A stretch of 64,000 nucleotides of DNA from Felis catus. Its lineage: Eukaryota. Of the stretch, positions 10,568 through 21,200 are shown piece after piece. The notes beneath the pieces were generated by a model. That model was not told the origin of the DNA and did not search any database. It saw only the letters and a list, made by a program, of their open reading frames with translations. The stretch spans positions 8,370,001 through 8,434,000 of the forward strand of contig NC_058382.1 of NCBI RefSeq assembly GCF_018350175.1, in the 5' to 3' direction. The stretch's first letter is position 1. Every line of letters begins with the position of its first letter. Made by a program: the position numbers and the translations under genes.

Positions 10568-12218
10568 TCAGTCGCCCATGGGCAGCCACAGGGCCTTGGT
10601 CCGTGCTGCCCGCAGCCCCAGCTCTGGGCCTGCTCCCTGGGCTTCCTGATCCCAGGCCCGAGGGCGGCCCCTGTTCACCCACACCGGCTTCAGGTTTCCT
10701 GCTGAGGCCCACTCCACAAACTGGGAGCCCTGACACAGAAAAGGGGGATCAGCCCTTCCGCCAGCTTGGTTGCCAAGCAGCTGCTTCCTTGGCAACCAGG
10801 ACTATTACTGCGGAGGGGCCCCAAGGCTTGACCTAGGCTCTGGTGCTACAATGCTCAGCTTGTAGCAGGCAAACCTTCCAGATGTGGAGGGAGACAACGT
10901 TGACCTTTGCGGCCGGGGAATTTCCTCCCCATTAACAGCCCACATTCAAAGGAATGAGGCCTGAGGTTCTTATGACAAGGAGTTCCCCTCCGTCACCTTC
11001 AGGCTTGAGGGTGGACTGTGGGCTTCTGAGTCTGTTACAGGGTGTGGTCCCTTAGCAACGGGTTGTCCAATGAGATTGGGTCTTTGGGCCGGGCAGGATC
11101 TCAGGCCCTTGTTGCTATACTAAGGAGATCCTCTCCCTTAGCAACAGGGACTCTGGAGGGCGGGATCTCAGGACCCGGTTGCCAAGGAATTTCTCCTCCT
11201 TAGCAACGGGAATTCTAAGGGGGCACTGCCAGGTTTCCAGAAAAGGAGGAGACCGTTGGTGAGGTTTAGGACGCTGGAGAGATGGCAAAACAAAGGGTAC
11301 CTGGGCAGATCCGAAATACCACAGGGCCTGGACGTCCTGGTGCAAGGCCAGGCAGCGGGTCAGGTGGTCCCGGTCTCCAGTCACCACATTCACCAGGCCC
11401 GCTGGCAACAAGGTGGCCATATCCTAGGGGATGGGGGAGGGGGTCGGGAGGGAAGGGAGTCAGAGACGCCGAAGGCAATAGGTTGGGTGAGGAGCGAGCT
11501 TCCGGGGAGGGCTCACGGGGTCCTGGCCAGAATGGTCACGGGCTCCATGAGCAGTGCAAGCTTGGATGGAGGGCGGGGGCCATGGGGACTGGGGTTGCCG
11601 TGGTTACAAGGGGGTGGGGCTAGTGCAGGCCTTGGGACACCGTCCATCCCTCTGCTGCCCCAGGGGCCGCTGGGAGCAGCGGCAGGAAGGCGGGCAACCG
11701 TACCTGGCAGACCTCCAACGCGGGGATGGGGCAGACCCCGCTGGGCACCAAGACCACGGCGTTGCCATGGGCCAGGGCGGCGGCCAGCAGGGACGCAAAG
11801 GCAAGCAGGGGCCACTCATCAGGGCACACGATAGCCAGCACGCCCAGCGGCTCCCGCAGCCGGAGCACAGGGCCTCTCAGCTCTGCCACCTGCAGGGACA
11901 GGCAGGAAGGAGGTCAAGGGCTGGGTTGAAGAGCCTCATCGACCGCCCCCTTCCTCCTCTACCTATCTTTGCTTCTCTGTAACAACTCCAACAATAATTA
12001 ACCAGGTGACGGTTCAGAGCAGACTCGGGCCAGGCAGCTGGGTTGAAGTCCCAGCTCTGCCACTTACCAGCTGTGTGACCTTGGGTGAGTTACTTAACCT
12101 CTCTGGGCCTCAGTTTCCCACCTTTCAAATGAGGCTCATAGTGCTTACCTCGTAGATTTGTTTCCAAAATGAAACAAGTTAATGTGTGTAGAGGGCTCGG
12201 AATCTGGCCCATGTTTTG

Positions 12219-12262
<44 letters not shown>

Positions 12263-15200
12263 ATTAAAAAAAACCCACAAAATTTTATTGAATATAATTG
12301 AAATTCACTAATCTGCATGCATTTTAAACGGTACAATTTGATAATTTTTTTTCTTTTTTTTAAGTAAGCTCTACGCCCAACATGGGCTTGAACTCATGAC
12401 CCTGAGATCAAGAGTTGCATGCTCTAACGACTGAGCTAGCCAGGTGCCCCAATTTGATACATTTTGAGATCTATATGTCCTCCTAAAACCGACACTATAA
12501 TCAAGGCAATGAACTTCACCCTTCAAATCTCCTTGTGCCCCTTTGTGATCCTTCCCTCCTGCCTCCATTTGTTTTTTTTTTTAATTTTTAATTTTTTTTA
12601 ACGTTTTATTTATTTTTGAGACAGAGAGAGACAGAGCATGAACGGGGGAGGGGCAGAGAGAGAGGGAGACACAGACTCGGAAGCAGGCTCCAGGCTCTGA
12701 GCCATCAGCCCAGAGCCCGACGCGGGGCTTGAACTCACAGACCGCGAGATCGTGACCTGAGCTGAAATCTGACGCTCAACCGACTGAGCCACCCAGGCGC
12801 TCCCCTCCTGCCTCCATTTGAACCCTCTTTGTCCTCAACCACTTCCTCTCACCATAGTTTGTATTTTTTTTAAGCTGATTTATTTATTTTGAGAGATTGA
12901 GAGAGTGCAAGTGGGGGAAGGGCAGAGAGAGAGGGAGAGAATCCCAAGCAGGCTCCATGCTGCCAGTGTAGAGCCTGACATGGGGCTTGAACTCATGAAA
13001 CTGCGAGATTATGACCTGAGCCGAAACTAAGAGTCAGATGCTTAACTGACTGAGCCACCCAGGCACCCCTATAATTTGTACTTTCTAGAATTTTCTAGAT
13101 TTGCAATTATAGAGTCTGTACTATTTATTTTATTTTTTTTAATCTGGCTTCTTTCACTTAGTGTAGTAATTCTGAGATTCATCCACCATGTAGCATGTTC
13201 ACTCCTGAATGCTGAGTAGGATTCCTTGTAGGGACCTACCACAGTTTATTTATTAACCAATCCAGGGACATTAGGATTGCTATTTTTACGTATTTAACTA
13301 ATTATTTAAATAAAAAAAATTAATGTTTTTATTTATTTTTGAAGGAGAGAGAGACAGAGCGTGAGTGGGGGAGGAGCAGAGAGAGAGGGAGTCACAGAAT
13401 CCAAAGCAGCCTCCAGGCCCCGAGCCGTCAGCACACAGCCCGACGTGGAGCTCAAACTCACAGACCGTGAGATCATGACCTGAGATGATCTGAGAGTTGG
13501 ACGCCTAACCGACTGAGCCACCCACGTGCCCCAATTATCTCTCATTTCTATCCCTGAGTGCTCTGGTGCCATTGCCTGACTCACTGAATCCTCACGCTTT
13601 CTTTCTTTTTTTATTAAAAAAATTTTTTTAAATGTTTTATTTATTTTTGGGAGAGAGAGCACGAGCGAGCGAGAGTGGGGGAAGGACAGAGAGAGGGGAA
13701 CAGAAGATCCCAAGTGGGCTTTGCACCGACAGCAGCAAGTCTGATGCAGGGCTCGAACTCACCAACTGTGAGATCTTGACCTGAGCCGCTGTCGGATGCT
13801 CAACCAACAAAGCCACCCAGGCACCCCTCCTCAACCTTTCTTCCCGGACTCACTGTATGTTTCATATCAACCCTGTATTTGGTTGCCTGTCATGTATATA
13901 AACAAAACCAAAGTCACACGAAGCAACACTCTGTGTAAGACATTCTATATTTCCTGTTCTATTCTGTTTAAAAAAAAAAAAAAAAAAAAGCTGAGTGGCT
14001 CAGTCAGTTGAGCGTCTGACTCTTGATTTCAGTTCAGGTCATGATCCCAGGGATGGGGGATCGAGCCCTGTGTCGGGCTCCATGCTAAGCGTGANNNNNN
14101 NNNNNNNNNNNNNNNNNNNNNNNNNNNNNNNNNNNNNNNNNNNNNNNNNNNNNNNNNNNNNNNNNNNNNNNNNNNNNNNNNNNNNNNNNNNNNNNNNNNN
14201 NNNNNNNNNNNNNNNNNNNNNNNNNNNNNNNNNNNNNNNNNNNNNNNNNNNNNNNTGGGCGGCTCAGGCGGTTAAGCGTCCTACTTTGGCTCAGCTCACG
14301 GTCTTGCAGTTTGTGGGTTCGAGCCCCGCATCCGACTCTGTGCTGTCAGCGCAGAGCCAGCTTTGGATCCTCTGTCTCCCTCCCCCCCTCTCTCTCTCTC
14401 TCCGCCCCTACCTTGCTCGTGCGCACTCCCTCTCTCTCAAAAACAAATAAACATTAAAACAAAAAAAAGAGTAGGAAAAAAATCATACTGCAACCACTAA
14501 ACTGATTTTACGGTCCAGAAATGGGTTACTAACGACAATCTGAGGTGCTACACTGTGATGCAGACCATATGCCCATTACACAGATGAGGAACTCGAGGTG
14601 CGGAGAGGGGAGGCCACTTGCTGGTGATCGTGTGCAGCTGGGATGCTGTGTGGCTGGGCTCACTCCAAAGTCCTTGCTCTAACCTCTACTGCAGACCGCC
14701 CCCCCCGTCTGCTGGTCCCCAGAATCCTCTTACCTGCAAGAGGTGGCCTTGGGCCTGGGCGCGGGCCCCCCACGCCCGCAGCCGCCTCGCGCTAAGCTCC
14801 ACCTCCACCTTGGCGGTCTTGAGCTCCACTCCGTGCCTCTCCAGCGCCGAGGTGAAGGCAGACTCCCGGCGCTCCAGTGCAGATGCCAGGGCCCACAGCA
14901 GGGACGCCCGGGCTCCTGGTGGCTGGCTCACCCAGCTGGGGGAGGGCAGTGCACGTTACGGGGCGGCTTCCTGCTCCTGGTTCTTTCCAGGTGCCCCAGC
15001 TCTGTCCACAGCCCCTACTGCGGGGCTCCAGACCCCACGGCCCATCTGCATGGGGAGGGGTGTGACCCATATCCTGTCAGCTTTGGGAGCTCAGCCCTCA
15101 GGACCCAGACCCCAGATCCCACAGCCCTTGGAGGGGGGGGGTCTCAGGCTACCCTCTGAAATGCCCACGACGTCTGGGTTTTCCCACGGGGTTCCCCTTA

Positions 15201-18200
15201 CCCAGGGGCAGCCTGGTGAGCGGCCTCCACGGCACCTCGGATATCCTTGGCTCCGCCCTCAGCCACGTAGGCCTGGAGATTGCCTTTCGAATCCTGGATG
15301 CATCTGGAGCTCCGGGCCCCAGGAGCTTGGAAACGGCCCCCGATGAAGAGCCCATAGGGGGCCGCTGGGCTGGAGCAGGGTGAGGTGTGGGGGTGGGGCC
15401 TGGGGCCAGGTCTACTCGGACCCCAGGCCCCACCCACTGAGCCTCTGGGAGGGCACTCCTTCATTTAGCAGAACTGAGACTCCCTTCAGGCAGGGGTGAG
15501 GGGGGTGGGTGTGAAGCCACAGAGAATGCAATTCTGGGCAGGACTCGGGGACCCCCCTCAAGATGGCTCTAATGAACCCCTCCTCCAGTCCCTGGGCAGC
15601 CTGCTACAACTTCCCTTCTCGCCGCCTGCCGTACCCCCAGAGATTCTGGAGTTGCAGCTCACCTGGGTCCTATTTCAGGCCCAGATGGTAGGGTCAGGGG
15701 GACAGCAAGGCCAAAGGTGTCATAGTTCAGATTCTCAGAAAGGGAAGGCAGCCGGGCAGGGGTCCCGGAGGGCCGCAGATACTCATACAGACCCTGTGAG
15801 AGGGGCAGAGTGTCAAAAGGACGCAAGGTGGGCACTGGGTGGTTGAAGGGGGTGCTGATGGGGGGCAGGAGGAGGGAACTCACGTCTGGGCCCCCGTGCC
15901 AGGAAGACCCACTCTCCTTGCAGCCACCCGTGGGCACTTCGGGGTGTCTAAGGCCGTGGGCGTTGATCCAGACCGTGCCCACCCGGAGCCTGTGCGGGGA
16001 GAGGAGGCCATCAGCAAGAACGGAAGGTTGCAGGGGGTAAGTGGTCGGAGGGGCAGGGTGGAGAGAGACCCAGAGACCCACAGAGAGTGGAATGGAGACC
16101 TCAAGACCGAGAGAAAGAGCAGAAGCTTGAGCCTCCCCCTCCCCCCGCCCAACAGACTGCCTTTGCGCCCCAGCAGGCGCCGACTGACCCATAGCCCAGC
16201 TCCAAGGCCTGCCCTAGTCTCTCGCTCCACACACTGGCACTGCCTCCTCGGGGCGTCCCGTTGGCCACGGCCAGTGCCTCCTTAGCTGTGCGGAATGGGG
16301 AGGCCACGACCACAGGCCAGGGCACCTGGAAGGGGTGACGACAGAGTTCAGGTGGCCCGGCCAGCTTCCCCCCTCCCCAACACCCCACCCATTCAGCAGC
16401 CCCCAGACCCGGACCAAATGGTCACTCCGGGGGCCTCTGCAGGTGTAGTGTTGCTGCCCATGTGTGGCTGCAGACGGGTGGATGGAAAAGGATTTCCGGG
16501 GCCCTGAAGGGCTCACCTCTGCCTGGGTACATGGGGAGGCTGGGGGCAGGTCAGACACCAAAGTTGGGGGGAAGAATGGGCTGACTGAGGGAACATCGCC
16601 AGCCTGGAACACCTGAGGGGAAAGGAANNNNNNNNNNNNNNNNNNNNNNNNNNNNNNNNNNNNNNNNNNNNNNNNNNNNNNNNNNNNNNNNNNNNNNNNN
16701 NNNNNNNNNNNNNNNNNNNNNNNNNNNNNNNNNNNNNNNNNNNNNNNNNNNNNNNNNNNNNNNNNNNNNNNNNNNNNNNNNNNNNNNNNNNNNNNNNNNN
16801 NNNNNNNNNNNNNNNNNNNNNNNNNNNNNNNNNNNNNNNNNNNNNNNNNNNNNNNNNNNNNNNNNNNNNNNNNNNNNNNNNNNNNNNNNNNNNNNNNNNN
16901 NNNNNNNNNNNNNNNNNNNNNNNNNNNNNNNNNNNNNNNNNNNNNNNNNNNNNNNNNNNNNNNNNNNNNNNNNNNNNNNNNNNNNNNNNNNNNNNNNNNN
17001 NNNNNNNNNNNNNNCTAGCCCCTCTTCCCTCAGACCCAGAGTCTTGGTCCCCACCCCCTCCTCCCTCAGATTCAGTCTCGGCCCCCAGCCCCTCCTCCCT
17101 CAGACCCAGGAGTTGGGTTTCCAGGTCCCTCCTCCCCTGGCGCCGGGGGTCTGTACGCCTTGCTCACCTGTGCGCCCTGACTCTGGGCCTCGCGCACGTA
17201 GCGCTGGGCCAGGTCATGTGCGGCAGCCCCTCGAGCCCCCATGTCCACAGCGCCGTCCAACCCTCGACCGCCCCGAAGCCGTGCCATGCGCTCCTGAAGC
17301 CGCCTCATCGTCTCGTCCCATACGGACTCCTGGATGAGGAGCCGGAGTCCCCCCTGTGAGGAAAAGGGATGTCAGGGCAGGCAAGGTCGGGGCTCATGTT
17401 GAGGGGACGGGCCCCCACAGAGGGTGGAGACTTGGGGATGTACATACACAGATCAGAGGAGGGTCAAGGGGGGGTGGCTGGGGACCCTAGAGACTCACTG
17501 AGGCCCCAAACCCGGGCAGGAAGTGAAGTTACAGAAGTTGGTGATTCAGAGTGAAGACAGAGATTGGAAAAGTAGGGACACGGATACTTAGAAAAGTGAA
17601 GACAATCTTAAAGAACAAGAGATGCGAGCCCTCTGCAAAAACTGGAGAGCCGGGATGTGGAAAGGCAGAAATCCGACGTGCGGGAGCCCCACACGCGCCA
17701 TGGTGCGGAGACAGAATCTGAGGCACAAGGAACTGAAAATTATAATCAGTGGAGACATGAGGCCCTGAGGTCTGGAGAGGGACACGCACGATCCCCAGGA
17801 CTTGGGGGCACACGAGTGCACGGGCCTCACCGCGCTGCGGTCGGACCAGGCTGCATCCACGACGCCCTCCACGGCCGAGTCCACGTCCGCTGCCTCCGTC
17901 AGCACCAGCAGGGACTCGGCCCCCAGTGCCAGGCCCAGCTCAGCACCCTGACCCGCCAGGGTCCGCCGAAGGACACGTCCTTCCTGCAGGGCCCCCGCGG
18001 GATTCAGCCGAGGGGCCTTTGGGCCTCCCCGCCACGTCCCGTCCCCCTCCCGACCCCGAAGATACCTCGACGGCTCCACAGAAGGTCACCTTCTGGACTC
18101 CAGGCTGGGAGGCCAGGATGGGGCCCAGGGAGGCAGGGCCGTTGATCACGTTGAGGATTCCTGGGAAGGAGCCTAGCTCCCCTGCCAGCTGGGCCAGGAG

Positions 18201-21200
18201 GAGGGGTGTTGGAGAGCCTGGGGGCACCAGCACCACCACAGTGCACCCTGGGAAAGGTGGGCAGCGCAAAGATCNNNNNNNNNNNNNNNNNNNNNNNNNN
18301 NNNNNNNNNNNNNNNNNNNNNNNNNNNNNNNNNNNNNNNNNNNNNNNNNNNNNNNNNNNNNNNNNNNNNNNNNNNNNNNNNNNNNNNNNNNNNNNNNNNN
18401 NNNNNNNNNNNNNNNNNNNNNNNNNNNNNNNNNNNNNNNNNCCTCTTCCCTCAGACCCATGAGTCCCAGCCCCCTCCTCCCTCAAACCCAGGAGTCCGGA
18501 CCCCCAGCCCCCTACTCCATCAGACCCAGGGGTCAAGGCCCCCACAAGCATCTTCCCTTAGACCCTTGAGTCCCAGCCCCCTCCTCCATCAGACCCAGGG
18601 GTCAAGGCTCCCCAGCCCCCTCCTCCATCAGACCCAGGCGTCAAAGCACCCAGATCCCTCCTCCCTCTGACCCAGGGGATAAGGTCCCCACACCCCTCTT
18701 CCNNNNNNNNNNNNNNNNNNNNNNNNNNNNNNNNNNNNNNNNNNNNNNNNNNNNNNNNNNNNNNNNNNNNNNNNNNNNNNNNNNNNNNNNNNNNNNNNNN
18801 NNNNNNNNNNNNNNNNNNNNNNNNNNNNNNNNNNNNNNNNNNNNNNNNTCTCAGACCCGGCCCATCAATTACCCACAGCCAAGGCAGGGCAAATCCTCCA
18901 CATCATCTCAAGGAAGGAGAACGTGGGTGACAAGATGAGACCAATCACTCCTGTAAAAGTGAATGAGACAATCGGGGCAGGCACTGCTGGTTCACGAGGG
19001 AGGAAGGGGCTGGGGACCAGGACTCCTGTGTCTCACCCATGGGCTCCCAGCCTGCCAGCGTCTCCTCCTGGGTGTATGCCTGGACTGCATGCCATTGGAG
19101 TAGCTGCTGGGCCAGTGGGATATCCCTGTCTCGAACCTCTCGAACGGCTCTCCCGGTCACCAGGGACTCCAGGGTCCAAAGTAGCCGCTGGTGCTTCTGG
19201 ATCATCTTGGCCAGCCTGTAGAGAAAGCCAGGGGGAGAGTCATTTCCCATTGCCTCTCAGTCAGAGTCCTGGAACACCCCCTACATACCTGGACTACAGT
19301 CCCCGTGATCGCCTCCACCATTTACCAGAGGCGAAGAGCACCAAAGATTTATGGGAAATGTAGTCCGAGAAACACAAAACCCAAGGGCGCCTTTTGCAGA
19401 TCTCGGCCGCCCGCAACCCCCAAAGGTGCTGAGAAATTGGAAATTCAACCTTTAATCTCAATTGCATTTTAGAAAATGGAATGTTGGTCTCTAATTGCTC
19501 CAAGAGTATGATGGAAAACGGGTGGTGCTGAGGCTCCAGCAGCCCCAGTGAACTGCCAGGAAATTGGGGCCTCGATGAGGCCTGAGGCTATTCTGGGAAA
19601 CAGAGCTTCGTCACTACTAGTCCTGGTGGATGGATGCTTTAGCTGCTACAGGCTCAAAGCATGCTGGGAATGTGAGCCTTAGCTACGCAATCAATTCCGC
19701 GAGACATCAAGACATCGGGAAATAGAGTCTTTGTTCCCAGAGTCTCAAGTGGTTGCTTGAGGCGCTGGCAGGCTGGGAGCCCATGGGTGAGACGCAGGAG
19801 TCCTGGTCCCCAGCCCCTTCCTCCCTCGTGAACCAGCAGTGCCTGCCCCGACTGTCTCATTCACTTTTACAGGAGTGACTGGTCTCATCTCGTCCCCCAC
19901 CTCCCAAGGTCCACACCTCGACCGCATCACCTGGTCAGGTACTGGGCCCGAGAGGCTCCAGGGAGTCCGCTCCAGTTCTCCCACGCAGTCCTTGCTGCCT
20001 CCACGGCTGCCGCCACATCTTCAGCCTGTGCCTGGGGGCAACTGGCCAAGTTCTCTCCTGGGGAGATGAAAGGAGGGACCCCCAGGCAGTAGAGCTGCTC
20101 CCCAGCCCCACTCTATTATAAGTATTTTGGTTGTAGGGGCGCCTGGGTGGCTCAGCCAGTTGAGCCTCCGACTTCAGCTCAGGTCACGATCTCACGGTTT
20201 GTGGGTCGGAGCCCTGCATCGGGCTCGCCGCTGTCCGTGCAGAGCCCGATTCAGATCCTCTGTCCCCCTCTCCCTCTGCCCCTCCCCCGCTCGCACGCTC
20301 GCTCGCTCTCTCGACAATAAATAAAACGCTAAAAATACATAAATATATTAATCAAGGAAGGGATCTTGGTAGACACTGACTTCAAAAAGCATCCACAGGC
20401 ACTTGGAGCTATTATTTGGATGACTTTAACAGGAAGAGCCAGAAATCGTGGGCTTCTCCCCCCACTGGCTACTTCCTGCCTTCAGGGCCCTGAGCAAAGA
20501 GAATGGGGTGTTGTTGGTGGATACGGCTGGGGATATGGAGGCCTGCCTCTCCCTCCCCGAACAACCGGGGGACACTTCATACCTGTGATAGGATCCCGGC
20601 AAGGTACTGAATTCCTGTGTTCCGGCTTTAGCCACTTTCCATTTACATAGTGACCCAAGTGCCGGTCTTGGGTGTCCAGCCAGGCCTGGGGGAGGCAAAG
20701 ACAGTTTAGGACAACGTCTGAGAGGCAGCTAGGGGAGTTCAGTCCCTACCTAGGGTCCTCTGGGAGGGGGACACTTGCACCCCTTTGCCCCACCTGCCAA
20801 TTCTTTGCCGGTGTGGCAGGAAAATGCACACAAACATAAGATACATGTAACAAATGGAGCGCCTGGGTGGGCTCAGTCGGTTGAGTGTCCGGCTTCGACC
20901 CGAGTCACCATCTCACGGTTCGTGACTTTGAGCCGCGCATCGTGCTCTGTGCTGATGCGAGAAGCCTGCTTTGGGTTCTGTCTCCCCCACCCCCACCTCT
21001 CAAAAATAGATAAACATTAAAAAAAACAACAACAACAACACGGAACATAAAACCCACCATGTTAACCATTTCAAGGCGTACAATTCAGCGGCACGTGGTA
21101 CGTTCACAATGTCGTGCAACCATCACGACCTAGTTTCAGAACATTCTCGTCCTCCCAAAACGAAACTCGGCACCCATCAGGCAGTCACTCTCTCTTCCTC

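Noticed and set aside
14618-15346. 242-aa + strand ORF
   Set aside because: Antisense shadow of GC-rich ALDH16A1 exons 13-14.
18442-18702. Regularly spaced ~37-bp repeats superficially like a CRISPR array
   Set aside because: Head-to-tail minisatellite without unique spacers, in a mammalian intron.
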